Source of the DNA: the human T2T-CHM13v2.0 reference genome, Homo sapiens
Assembly (NCBI RefSeq): GCF_009914755.1
Contig: NC_060925.1
DNA: 64,000 nt
Reading direction: 5' to 3' (one strand)
Within the stretch, counting starts at the first letter, position 1, and each line of letters begins with the position of its first letter. Below, piece by piece: positions 14,149-28,477 of the stretch. A model generated the notes under the pieces. That model saw nothing but the letters and a program-made list of their open reading frames with translations, did no database searches and was not told where the DNA came from. Made by a program: the position numbers and the translations under genes.

Positions 14149-14444
14149 GGCCAGGCGTGGTGGCTTATCCCTGCAATCCCAGCACTTTGGGAGGCTGAGG
14201 TGGGTGGATCACAAGGTCAGGAGATCGAGACCATCCTGGCCAACATGATCAAACCCCATCTCTCCTAAAAATACAAAAATTAGCTGGATGTGGTGGTGCA
14301 TGCCTGTAATCCCAGATACTCAGGAGGCTGAGGCATGAGAATTGCTCAAACCCAGGAGGCAGAGGTTGCAGTGAGCCGAGATTGTGCCACTGCACTTCAG
14401 CCTGGCGACAGAGTGAGACTCCATCTCAAAAAAGAAAAGAAAAA
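14149..14444 (+). mobile_element. AluSc
   Basis: gatcacaaggtcaggagatcgagaccatcctggcc and cctggcgacagag diagnostics; TSD aaaaatcc(t/a)gaaata. Confidence 0.92.
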
Positions 14445-15197
14445 AAAAATCCAGAAATAGAAATCATACTACTGACGCACCAAGCTCAAAGACAACCATG
14501 AAGGAAAAATCATGAAGAAGAAGCTAGAGGAGTGTATTTATAATAAAACAATATACATTTTAATAAGCAGATGCTGGAACACATCTATATTAGAAGAGAT
14601 ACATTACTAGTGGGTCTCAAATAATGATGAAGAACTAGTTAAAAAATTGTTTTATGATCTACTACTGTCCAATATATTTGTAAAATATAATGAAACTACT
14701 GTGGTAAAATGCAACGGCTACAGAGGTTACTCTTACTTCCTGTAGGTAACTGTCAGGGGACAGCTAACAGTTTGTAGACCTGTTTTGGTCTTGGATCCCA
14801 CTTTGAGTGGCAATGCATCAGATCAATTAATGTTCACAGTAACCCTACCAGGTAGGTATTATTTGGAGTCTCCATATTATAGATGAGGAAATTGGGGCAC
14901 TGAGAGATTAAATAACTTGCCTAAAGCTCAGATTCAGACTCAGGCATTTTGACACATTGCTAATGCTGGACTTCACAAACATACCTGTTACAGATACAAA
15001 GTAAGATTTGGTATCCCTGAGGTGTGCACAGTCTACTGGAAGAAACAAACAGAAAAATATTAGATTAATAATTTTGGATTTTGACAAAATGTTTGTCATC
15101 AAGTAAAAATTCAGGAGCAAGGCCATCAATCCACTGAAATCCCCCAAGACTCCAAAATCCCCCTCCAGGCAGCTTTTCAAGAATTTTCTCATTTTAC

Positions 15198-15281
15198 CTC
15201 AATATGAATGCACAAATCTTTGAAACATCCAAATCTCCAGCTCTACCTCTGACTCTCGGTGAGCCCAAGTTTTGAAAAGGC
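15198..15281 (-). pseudogene. Decayed gene, candidate exon 4 (84 bp)
   Basis: catttctcccaaaccccag| ... gag|gtaaaa; (G)LFKTWAHRESEVELEIWMFQRFVHSY*; phase 1 at both ends matches neighbours. Confidence 0.7.
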
Positions 15282-15784
15282 CTGGGGTTTGGGAGAAATG
15301 ATGCTAGTCATTCTCAAGTTTAGCATCTTTTTGAGAAAGAGTTGTGCCCTTTGTGAAGGAGTGTGGAGGGGATATGAGAAATTAATTGGCACATCTGTTC
15401 TCATGTCTGTTCATGAGCAGCTTGTGATCATAAACAACTCATTTAAGGGCATTGTCAGTCTCTCCCCAAGAGGTACCACCCCCATAACATTTGTGGACTG
15501 CACACTCTGGCATGTGAATCACCTTTTAGAATGAGTGACTGTTGACTCACCCTTCGGAGAGCTTCCTATTGAGCCAGTATTTGCCCTAAAGCCTTGGAAA
15601 GAGAACAAAACAACTTTTGAAGGAAATGAATACCATTCCTTTGTCAACTGTGAGACTGTCACAGCTAAAAATGGGCTTCACTTCCCGTGAACAACAGCAC
15701 CCAAGTTTCTGCAGGCTGCTGAGGCTTAGACCTACCACGCTGGATAGGCAGCTTCCTGAATCTTTCCAGTAGTGCCACTCAGGG

Positions 15785-16010
15785 GACATTTATTGAGCAC
15801 TTACTATATGCTAGGCACTATACAAAATAATTTACATATACTATTTCATTTTATTCTGAAAACAAATATAATATGAGGTAGATGTTATCATGATTTCCAT
15901 TTTACAATTGATTTAAACTGAGGCACATAGTGGTTAAGAACTTGTCAAAAGTCTGAGAGCTGGAAGGTGGAAGAGCCAAAGTATTTGACTCCAAAGTGCT
16001 TGCTCACAAA
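15785..16010 (-). mobile_element. MIR (source of the inverted copy at 18886-18987)
   Basis: catttattgagcacttactatatgctaggcact...ccattttaca...aaactgaggcacatag. Confidence 0.8.
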
Positions 16011-16067
16011 TACCGAGCCTTAGTGAGCATTAGACTCCAGGAAGGGGCCTCAAGAATCCAAGGGAGA

Positions 16068-16425
<358 letters not shown>

Positions 16426-16785
16426 CTACGATGCACAAATATGATGCAGAGAATATGGCATCACACATGGTCCAAGGTCCTTGGACTTTCATCACCCTGT
16501 GATGGGGATTCAATGTCTCCTTACAGAGTTTGGGGAAGGAGCCACGAAATACTGTATGAAAAGCATCTCACTTAAGCCTGGTCTATGGCAGATACTCAAC
16601 GTACATTATTCATCTGTCCTCTCCCACAACACTCATAAAAAACACAAGGAATGTGTAGTTGCACAAAGTAGATAGACACACATTCTATAAGCACAGTACT
16701 GAGGGAGGAAACAATGTAAAAAGTAGAGTTTTTGAGGCATACTTACAGATACCAATAGGATATTGAGCATCCACTGTGTGCCAGA

Positions 16786-19700
16786 TATATATAAATATAT
16801 ATAGTGTGTGTATTATATACATAAGTATAATATATTATTAAATATGTGATAACAAATTATTATACATACTATACATGATAATATTTATTATGTATATAAT
16901 ACTTATTTTACATACATTTATATTATGTATCATATATACAATATTTCATATACAATAAAATATCATTATATATGTAACATATAATTTATGTACAATAAGA
17001 TATTATAATGTATACTTAATATATAATATATACAATGATAGATTATTGGGTACACAATAATAGATTATTATAAATGCAATATATAACTATTACATATTAC
17101 ATATTATATATGATCATTATATATTATAATATATAACAGAAAACCTGTAATTATATATAACATATAATAATACATAATTATATATGTCATGCACTATAAT
17201 ATAATAATATATGATTATATAATATAAATTACATATATGTAATATATAATCAAAATTACATATTATATGTAATATATAATCTAAATTACATACTATATGT
17301 AATATATAATATGAATTACATATATTAATATATTATGCATTTCACATAAAATGATATATTAATAAATGATATAATATATAATAATATATAATATAATATT
17401 GCACATATTATATATTATACAGTATATGTACATATATGTACATATACTGTATAATGTATTGCATATAATGTGTATATATACTATATATTATATATTATAC
17501 GTTATATATGCAATAGATAAATAAATAGAATTGCATATATAATATATAATACATATTGTATCTACACTATATAGTATATAGTGTAGATACTATATATGTA
17601 TATTATATGTATATAGCAATACTATATAGTATTATATTTTACAAATATATGTATATAAATGTATATTTATATTATATATGATATATATGTATTTATATTA
17701 TATATGATATATATGTATTTATATTATATATACCTGTATATATATACAGGTATATACAAATGTATATATACATATGTAATATAAATGTATACATATATTA
17801 TATACGTATATATAGTACACATATATTATATACGTATATATAGTACACATATATTATATATGCGTATATATAGTACACATATATATGCGTATGTATGTGT
17901 AGTACACATATATTATATATGCGTATGTAAGTGTAGTACACATATATTATATATGCGTATGTAAGTGTAGTACACATATATTATATATACGTATGTAAGT
18001 GTAGTACACATATATATGCGTCTGTATGTATAGTACACATATATTATATATGCGTCTGTATGTATAGTACACATATATTATATATGTGTCTGTATGTATA
18101 GTACACATATATTATATATGCGTCTGTATGTATAGTACACATATATTATATATGCGTCTGTATGTATAGTGCACATATATTATATATGCGTCTGTATGTA
18201 TAGTACACATATATATGCGTCTATATGTATAGTACACATATATTATATATGCGTCTGTATGTATAGTACACATATATTATATATGCGTCTGTATGTATAG
18301 TACACATATATATGCGTCTGTATGTATAGTACACATATATTATATATGTGTCTGTATGTATAGTACACATATATTATATATGCGTCTGTATGTATAGTAC
18401 ACATATATGCGTCTATATGTATAGTACACATATATTATATATGCGTCTGTATGTATAGTACACATATATTATATATGCGTCTGTATGTATAGTACACATA
18501 TATATGCATCTGTATGTATAGTACACATATATTATATATGCATCTGTATGTATAGTACACATATAATATATATGCGTCTGTATGTATAGTACACATATAT
18601 ATGCGTCTGTATGTATAGTACACATATATATGCCTATGTACGTATAGTACACATATATTATATATGCGTCTGTATGTATAGTACACATATATATGCGTCT
18701 GTATGTATAGTACACATATATATGCGTATGTATGTATAGTACACATATATTATATATGCGTATGTATGTATAGTATACATATATTATATATGCGTATGCA
18801 TATATTTATATACATATATTATATATACATCTATACATATATTTGTGCATATATGTATACATATATATATATATGTATACATTTATTGGAGTCAAATACT
18901 TTGGCTCTTCCACCTTCCAGCTCTCTGAGTTTTAACAAGTTCTTAACCACTATGTGCCTCAGTTTAAATCAACTGTAAAATAGAAATATATATATTGTAT
19001 ATGTATACATATATTATATGTATATATAATATATAGTATATATGATAATATATTATATATGCAATATATAATATGTATATGTTATACATATTTACATATT
19101 ATATGAATATATACTATATGATATATAGTATAGATACATATTATATGTGCGATATATACTATATAGTATATATACAACATGTATATTATATAGTATGTAT
19201 ACAATATGTTATATATGTAATTTTATACAATATATTATTACATATATGATATATAATTATGTAATATATATTTTTACATATATATGTTACAATGTATCAT
19301 ATATATTAACATATAATATAATGTAGTATATATTATGTTATGTATAATATAATATTACAATTGTATAATTATATAATAATTATATATCAATAATCATAAT
19401 ATCATTACATATCAATTATATAATCATACATATTATATATTGTATAACATATAATACAATGTTATTATAAAATATAATAATAATATATAACATATAATAA
19501 ATGTTATATATGTAAGATATATTATATATTATACATTAATCCTTATACTGTACATATGTAGTGTATATGTAGTATATATGAATGATATGTTATATATTAA
19601 TATTATATGTAACATATAACATTATATATTAACAGCATATAAGATTATATATTAATTTTATATATTATCATAACATATAACATATATGTAATATTACATG

Positions 19701-19968
19701 TTATCATGACATATATTATTATATATGGTATATTACATATAGAATAATGTGATATATAATATATGTAATAATGTATATTTTATATGAGTAATAATATATA
19801 CACTATGCATAATATATTACATATATTATATAGATCATACATCATATACTACATATATTATTATATATCATATAGATTATATCACATATATTAATATATG
19901 TAATAATCTATATGATATATAACATATGAAATAATCTATTACAAATAATGTATTATATATATTAATAT
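16786..19968. repeat. ~3.2-kb TA-rich low-complexity tract
   Basis: Degenerate (TA)n throughout; flanks read as the two halves of one MIR. Confidence 0.95.
17800..18795. repeat. Minisatellite/VNTR, 29-34-bp unit, ~30 copies
   Basis: Unit tagtacacatatat(tatat)atgcgtctgtatgta repeated in tandem. Confidence 0.95.
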
Positions 19969-20164
19969 ACTCTTTTAAAGTCTCAGCATGGGTATTATTC
20001 TTCACATGTGATACCAATGAAACTGAAACAGAGAGTTTAGGAAACTTGCCTAAGGAATGAAACCTAGTATGTCTCAAAAATTACCTTTCAGTTAAAGGGC
20101 GGTCTTGTTTATGTTGAATGTGCAATGTGGTAGCTGAATTGTATAAAAATAGGTTTGGTATTAC

Positions 20165-20829
20165 CTTGAAGTTTGTTTCAAAACGCCTATAATTTCATGC
20201 CCTTTAGGTACATTTTTATTTTATCTAGACCTCTTGATATATAATGACAAAAGTAGAATTCAGGTATTTCTGTGTTGGTTCTGGAAAACAGGCTTGAGAG
20301 AGAAGGTGACAGCTGAGCATATCTGTGAATTCAACGGCCAAGGTGTTGACAATGGATGAAATGCATCATGAACCTGGTGTGTCAACAAGGTGGATTAGGG
20401 TACAAGCTGAAAATGTATGTTTAGTGGAAGGATGAGGGGCTCCACCCTTCCAATTGGTTTCCCACAGTCTTGCCATGAATGCCTCACTGAACTTGCCCAG
20501 TTTTGGTCAACCCCAAACTTAAAGTATGGACGCCTGCAGCACAGCAATGCCCAAGCTTAGTCAACATGTTTGACCTGGTTGAAATCCAGAAATTGAATGA
20601 AGTGAAAGTTCTGGTGCATCCAGTTATAGCTGAGATTTTAATGCCATCAGATACGTTTGCTATTCAACTCATGGCCATGTTTCTACTTGGCAGCAGTTTA
20701 AGACATTGAGCAAAGCCAAATATGAGGCTTTGTCTATTACTAGGTTGGACTGCCTGCAGAAATATGATTCACAGCCATGGAAAATGATGACTGGATTTGG
20801 TAAAACAGTTTTTCTTGTTTTCCTTATCA
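20165..20829 (-). pseudogene. Decayed gene, candidate exon 3 (665 bp)
   Basis: IRKTRKTVLPNPVIIFHGCESYFCRQSNLVIDKASYLALLNVLNCCQVETWP*VE*QTYLMALKSQL*LDAPELS...LIHLVDTPGS*CISSIVNTLAVEFTDML...VIIYQE (1-nt deletion) LDKIKMYLKGMKL*AF*NKLQ; donor caag|gtaata; no repeat similarity seen. Confidence 0.68.
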
Positions 20830-21286
20830 CTTAGTAAACCAAAAGTTAACAGAAAGAACTCTTGGGACAGCTTCCCATTGTATGTGTGAGAGCCTGGATG
20901 TGAACCTAGGTCTTTGCAACTCTAATGCCTATGTTCATTTTACATAGTTACACTGTTCTCTAACAATATATGTGAGAACTGAGTTATGACAAGTGAGTAG
21001 ACATTTTCCAGATGGGTTACGAGACAAAGGGCATTTTAAGCAGAGACAACAGCATAAGCACAAGGCCTTGCATTATGGCAGAAGGGCCAAGATGAGGTCA
21101 AGTTGCACAGATAATGTAAGGGAAGACTTCCCATAAGAAGTTTTGAATGCATTGAAATACGTAACTCGTCATTCATTACTTCGGTAATTCAACAGTTATT
21201 TATTGAGTGCCTTTACATGTCAGGTAACATGTTACAAAACTGGAATTGGAAATTACTCAAATCCTATGTCAAAATATCACTGCATA

Positions 21287-21586
21287 GGCTGGGCTCAGTG
21301 GCTCGTGCCTGTAATCCCAGCACTTTGGGAAGGCAAGGCAGGTGGAACACTTGAGGTCAGGAGTTCGAAACTAGTCTGGCCAACATGGTGAAACCCCGTC
21401 TCTCCTAAAAATACAAAAGTTAGCCAGGTGCAGTGGCACATGCCTGTAATTCCAGCTACTTGGGAGGCAGGAGAATCGCTTGGACCAGGGAGGCGGAGGT
21501 TGCAGTGAGCCGAGATTGTGCCACTGTACCGCAGCCTGGGTGACAGAGTGAGACACTGTCTCAAAAAAAAAAAAAAAAAAAGAAAA
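21287..21586 (+). mobile_element. AluS (Sx/Sz-like)
   Basis: Both arms, small internal deletion; degenerate TSD aaaatatcactgcata / aaaaatctctgctta. Confidence 0.93.
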
Positions 21587-21645
21587 AAAAATCTCTGCTT
21601 ATATCTAGAACTTCCTCTCCTCCTTTAAAACAAACAAGTCTGAGA

Positions 21646-22022
<377 letters not shown>

Positions 22023-22525
22023 TCATTGGCAAAACTAGCAGCTAAAGTCCCTTAGCTGGCTTTTGAGTGAAATAAACTATGAATACTTATAATAGATTAA
22101 GAGGCAAGCATAAGGGAAAGTAAAGATAAGCAGAGAAAAGTGACAATATCTTTGGGCTGGGGAGGGCCTTGTCTGTCATATGGTTCAACCTGTTTATTCT
22201 GCTGAGTTCTGGAGTGAAGGGACTTGCCCAAGCTCTCTTCATTCCCTGTATTGGTTCCTTTCTTCTCATACTCCCTGCCAGGGTCTGCCTTCAGTGTCTC
22301 ATCATGTTTCGCTTGGATTGTTATAGTAGCCTTCAAACAAATCTCCCCGCTTTTACACAGCAGCTCAGAGATAATTCAGAAAAGCAACTTCTGGATTTTA
22401 CTTTGTTCCTCAAAGCCGTTCAATATCTTCATGTTGTCTCAGGTTGTGCTCCCCAAACTGTTGTATGTGACCAGGTCCCAGAGCCATAAGCTAAACATAA
22501 TATCACTTTAAAATGCTAATTTTAC

Positions 22526-23279
22526 GTGATGGCTAGTAACTAAAAACATCATTTTACATGAAAACAAATGAATATATTATAGCCAAGATGAAAAATTTGG
22601 ATGGGCTGAAATATTTCAAAGAATTTTTTTTTAGTTGTAGCAGTTGGTGTCAGAACCCTTGCATATTAGTTCATACTCATATTACTATAAAGAAATGCCT
22701 GAGACAGGGTAATTTACAAGAAAAGAGGTTTAATTGGCTCACAGTTCTGCAGGCTGTACTGGAAGCATGGTGGCATCTGCTTCCGGGGAGTCCTCAGGGA
22801 GATTTTCATCATGGCAGAAGGCAAAGAGGGAGCAGGCACTTCACATGGCAAAAGCAGGAGCAAGAGAGAGGGAAGGGGGAGGTGCCACACACTTTGAAAC
22901 CACCAGATCTCATGAGAATTCACTCACTGTCCTGAGGACAGTACCAAGGGGACAGTACTAAAACATTCATGAGAAATTGTCCCTATGATCAATCACCTCC
23001 CACCAGGCTCCACCTCCAACATTGGGGATCACAGCTCAACATGAGATTTGCAGAGGGAACACAGATCCAAACATATTACCTTAGCAGCACAAGTTTGCTC
23101 TTTCCGCCATAAGAGGTGTTTCAGTGGGAAAGTTTATAATTTCTTGGCCCATAGAATAAATGCCAAGTCATTAGTTCATATCCCAGTTTCTCCAAGATCT
23201 GTTCAGGCCTGCTTGCCACTCACCCTCTTCTCTTTAATAGATTCTTGGAGACTCCACTCATCAACCATCCCATACCACT
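22526..23279 (-). pseudogene. Decayed gene, candidate exon 1 (5' boundary unresolved), split by an MST LTR
   Basis: After excising the LTR: SGMGWLMSGVSKNLLKRRG*VASRPEQILEKLGYELMTWHLFYGPRNYKLSH*NTSYGGKSKLVLLRVLTPTATTKKKFFEIFQPIQIFHLGYNIFICFH; donor ac|gtaaaa gives phase 2 matching exon 2. Confidence 0.55.
22662..23078 (-). mobile_element. MaLR solo LTR (MSTA/MSTB)
   Basis: ataaagaaatgcctgagacagggtaatttac...atccaaacatatta; TSD ccttg/cctta. Confidence 0.9.
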
Positions 23280-23690
23280 TGTATTAGTTTGTTCTTGCAT
23301 TGCTATAAAGAAATACCTGAGACTGGGTAATTTATAAGGAAAAGAGGGTTTAATTGGCTCATGGTTTCACAGGCTGTAAAGGAAGCATGATGCTGGCATC
23401 TGCTCAGTTTCCAGGGAGGCCTCAGGAAACTTTTAATCATGGTCGAAGGTGAAAGGGAAGCAGGGATGTCTTACATGGTCAGAGAAGGAGCAAGAGAGAG
23501 AGGGGAGAGGTGCTACACACCATTACACAACCAGATCCCATGATAACTCACTGGCTCACTACACAGTACCAAGGGAGGATGGTGCTAAACCATTCATGAG
23601 AATTTCACCCCCATGATCCAACCACCTCCAACACTGAGGATTGCTATTCAGCACGAGATCTGGGCAGGAACAGAGATCCAAACCATATCA
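23280..23690 (-). mobile_element. MaLR solo LTR (MSTB-like)
   Basis: tgtattagtt...aaaccatatca with perfect TSD CCACT. Confidence 0.92.
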
Positions 23691-23710
23691 CCACTTAAAA
23701 TAGTAACTAC

Positions 23711-24000
<290 letters not shown>

Positions 24001-24019
24001 AAAATAGTAATAATAACTA

Positions 24020-24852
24020 CTATAGTCTCCAAGGTTTAGTAAAAAATGAAAACCACTGTAGGTATCTCAAACAGGAATAAATTTTATACAGGAAATTAGA
24101 AGCTTACAAAACCATTAGAAGAACCGGCAGAACAAAGGTTAGGCGAGCCAACTGCCAGTGTTCAGGACGTCAGGAAGCGCAGCCATGGCAGGAAGCTGCT
24201 GCTAATGCTTTGGGCTGTCTGCAGCAGCTAAATGGGTTATGTTCAAGAGCGTGGCTGGAAGGTACAGCTCCAGAAAAACTTCACATCTGCCACCAGCTGA
24301 AAACCAAAATACTGGCTTTTGAGTCTCTTTTGCCTTTCAAATATTGCATGTATGGCTCTAAGCCCTGAAACTTTGTGATATGGGCTGAATGGTGTCCCCT
24401 CAAGTTCACATGTTGAAGTTCATACCCCCCAGTACCTTAGAATGTGATTGTATTTGCAGATTTACCTTAATCTTTTTAAAAAGGGGTTAAGGTAAAATGA
24501 GGTTATGTGGGTGGGCCCTACTCTAATATGACTGATGTCCTTATAAAAAGAGGAGTCTAGGACACAGATTGGCACAGAGAGAAGACCACATGAAGACATG
24601 GAGATGAGATGACCATCCACAAGTCAAGGAGAGACTTCAGAAACCACCGCTTTCAACACCTTGATCTTGGATTTTCAGCCTACAGGACTGTGAGACAATA
24701 AGTTTCTGTTGTTTAAGCCACCCAGTTTGTGGCACTCTGTTATGGCAGCCCTAGCAAACTAACATATTCTGGGAATAGGGATTTTGCAAGACTTAGTTAT
24801 TAGGTTTCTAAGGGCAAAAATGGTACTGAGTTGCAAGAGACAATCTGGCACA
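24020..24852. mobile_element. Ancient LTR remnant interrupted by MLT1B
   Basis: aaaccactgtaggtatctcaaacagg...ttttatacagg resembles termini of old eutherian LTRs; family not resolved. Confidence 0.4.
24376..24766 (+). mobile_element. MLT1B-type solo LTR
   Basis: tgatatgggctgaatggtgtcccc...ttatggcagccctagcaaactaa. Confidence 0.9.
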
Positions 24853-26107
24853 GTTGCCCTATGCTAGGCTCATGCTGAGGCCCAGTCATGGCACAAAGCA
24901 CTTCACACATGTTATCTTGTTTAATTTAAGCCTCATATCATCCATCAGTAGTGGGAACCTAGGTCAGATCTAGAAGCAGATCTCTTTGTGCTCTATCTGG
25001 TTGCATATGCACTTTCTTTTTTGGTCCACTCAGGGAACATCTATTGATCTTCAAATCGACGTTAGTTCTTCTCGCTCTTCACCCAATGCCAATCTTCTCC
25101 CTCCCCACAGAGCCATTTCCTTCTTTATTTTCCCAAAACCATAGCCCATATGGATTTCTATAATAGTACCTATGCAGATTCTATGCATTTTTACATCTAT
25201 GCATTTGTTTTCTCCACTAAACTCTAGGTTTCTTAAGAGCAGAGACCACATCTTGTTTGCTTTTGCACTTCCAGAGCCCAACTTTGTGTCTGATACATGG
25301 TTTTTCTTCAGGGTGTGTTGGAAGAAAGTGGGAGGAAGGATTCAAACCGGGAAAAGACCAAGGATCCTTTCACCACACTGCAGTGTCAGCATCTCATAAG
25401 AACACACCCAGTTAATCCAGAATAGATAGGAAGGAAGAATGCTTTTGCACACACACATGCATACAAATGTGAGAGACTTCTCTAGCTTGATGCTAGGCCA
25501 CTTCCCTTATAGAAATTGGCCAGCAGTGTGACAATTAATTAACTTTCTAAGTAGCTGATCAAACATCTCATTTACTCAGTCAACAGAGTGTTAAGACAGA
25601 AGCGTGGTGGAACGGAGAAAAGGGACCTTAGGGAGCTGTGAAGGAGGCTTTGCAAAGCAGATGACATTTGAGCTTGATCTTAAAGAATGAGTAAGTGTGT
25701 TATGAAGGGTAGTGGGTCGTGGGTATTCTAGAAAAGGGAACAGCATGGGCCATGTCTGGAGACTTTGGCTTGTTCAGCAAAGAGCAAGTAGTTAGGGGTG
25801 TATATATGTTTGTTATGTGCGAGGGGTGGGGAAGAGGAGAGACAATAGGAAATGAAAAACCACAACAAACCTCTTTGTACACAAATATTTCTTCACATTT
25901 CAGATAGTCATAGAATGTCTTAGATCTGGGCATGGTTTATAATATCAAAAATTGGAAATGGCCAATGATAGGAGAATGGACAAGTAAACTATGGTGTATT
26001 AACTCAAAACAATATTATATAATAACATAATTACATAATTTATTAAAAGTATTAGCAAATACTTTACATAAATGCATATTAAATAAATGACTATTAAATG
26101 AATAAAT

Positions 26108-26153
26108 ATTAAAAATAATGGCAAAGATCACAATTGCTTTTGCACCAACCTAA
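26108..26153. mobile_element. Half MADE1 (mariner MITE) within an old L1M fragment
   Basis: aatggcaaagatcacaattgcttttgcaccaacctaat is one MADE1 terminal inverted repeat. Confidence 0.8.
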
Positions 26154-26265
26154 TTATATAAGATTGTAATGAAGAACTTGTCACTTTACAGAAATATTTT
26201 GTGTGAATAATCCTAAGTGAAATAGTAGGATTTGGTGTGATCATATGCACTTAAAAAATAAAATA

Positions 26266-26632
<367 letters not shown>

Positions 26633-27384
26633 TTATCTTTAGGTGATTTTCCCCTCTCATTCCTATTGATTAATTTTTGCACCTAGTTTATTGATAATGA
26701 AGATGAATTTATTTTTTATGTATTTTTGAAAAATCCATGTCCTGTCCTAAAGATTTTTGCTGCCAATTCCTTTATGTTCTGTGGTTATGGGACACTGTTT
26801 AGCTGTGACCAGAAGAGAAAAGGCCACAGTATCACCAAACCACCAAGAAGACAAAGGCTTAAGAAAGGAAGCCAAAGACCAAGGGGCATTAGGTCCTTGT
26901 GATTCCCGTCTCAGAGTGAAAGCACAAGTCGCAGCTTCAGAGGGCTTCCCAGAGCGGAGTGGGCAAAACCGATGCATCCACAGTGTCTAGGCTGCGAGGA
27001 AACTAAGACGGCCAAATCCCACCCACTCCACCCCACCTTGAATTCCTTCTAAAGCTTCCACAGGTTCCTAGACTCATCTTGCATGCTCTCAGCAATAAGT
27101 AGTCCTCACAGTTGAGCCAGATCCCTCCAGCCAGTTTAAAAGTTCTGCCCAAATCTACTTTTCAGATGGCCCCGGTCCGGCTATATGGACTCACCCAGAA
27201 CAAAGCTAACTTTGCACGTGACAACCCCTACTATTCTGACCTCACTAGATTAGGTTTCATGAGACCAGCCCTTAGGTCTGTTTTGCTGTATCCTCAGCAC
27301 TCAATATGGTGCCACGTACAGAGTAAGCACTTAGGACATGTTGTAGGATGAATGAACAAGTGAAAGAGTGAGAGAATAAATTCA

Positions 27385-27610
27385 CTCCTGAGTCTTCTCC
27401 TCTCCTGGCCAAATATCCCCAGTTCCTTCAACAGTTCTGATGTGGCTCCTGGACCTGTCAGCACTTGTTTTAGATATTCCCCAGCATGTCCGTGTTAAAT
27501 GTGGATTTCAGGAACTTACACAATAGTCCTGGTGTGGTGTGGGGTGCACGATTCACAGGAACCATAACTTCCCTCATTTAGAACAACCTATTTTAATGAG
27601 GCAACTCAAG
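27385..27610 (-). mobile_element. L3/CR1 fragment
   Basis: tcttctcctctcctggccaaatatccccagttccttcaac...gaacttacacaatagtcctggtgtgg. Confidence 0.5.
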
Positions 27611-28458
27611 ATCTTAAGAGCCATTATCAAAGCCACTAATGGTTAAAAAATCTGGACTATATTTTTAGGGGTTGGGGCCACTGCTATCAATCCCAGCAGC
27701 ATGGTGTTCCTTTTTGACCATTCAAGACTCTGCCCAATGTTGTGGCAAAGGCAAGGGTAAGGAGTCAAAAGACCTGGATATGGGCATTGGGCTGGTAGCA
27801 GTAGCTACTATGGAGTCCCAGGTTCACTCTGGGCTAAACACTGTGCTAAATATCTCACAAATATGTTCTCAGTTAACGCTTGTTGCAAGTAGAGTACTGT
27901 TTTTATCCATTTTTTACAAATAGAGAAATTACCTAAGCTTATTTCTGGCATTTCATTGTGCAGGAATCTCCAGCTCGTCACTCAAACTCTCTGGGCTTCA
28001 TTTATTTTATCTGTCAAATGGAGATAATAATAATATCTGTCTTGGATAGTCACTGGGAAGATTTATTAAAAGGTTGCAGTGAAAGTAACTGATAAAGCCT
28101 ATAAACTTGCAATACATTATTATAAAGGCTCCGATTTTCCAGAGCAAAGTCTGGAGACATAGATTTCAATTTCCTCTCTGTGTCTGTGTCTGCCATTCCA
28201 GATTGCTGTCAGTTAATGTAACAAATGTTTTCTTCCTTTCTCTAATCTTGGACATTTTTTTAATAGATTAAGAGTAATTACTCCCAAATGGATACATGAA
28301 AGCCCAATTTCTGCCTAACATGCATCAAACCATTCATAAATATGCTTTTCTATTTTATTTATTATTCTTCATTAAATCTATTTCAAGTGGAAACAAACAA
28401 ATCCACTCTTTCCAAGTATTAAATTAACTCAACGCCAAAGGTGTTTCCTGTAACACTC

Positions 28459-28477
28459 TTCCAGCAGAGGGCACTAT
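28459..28477 (+). promoter_or_regulatory. CTCF motif (forward)
   Basis: ttCCAGCAGAGGGCACta vs core CCAGCAGAGGGCGC; tgtaacac upstream resembles the auxiliary motif. Confidence 0.6.

Noticed and set aside
18243-18978. Repetitive ORFs and a superficially CRISPR-like array
   Set aside because: Units are contiguous with no unique spacers; this is a eukaryotic VNTR.
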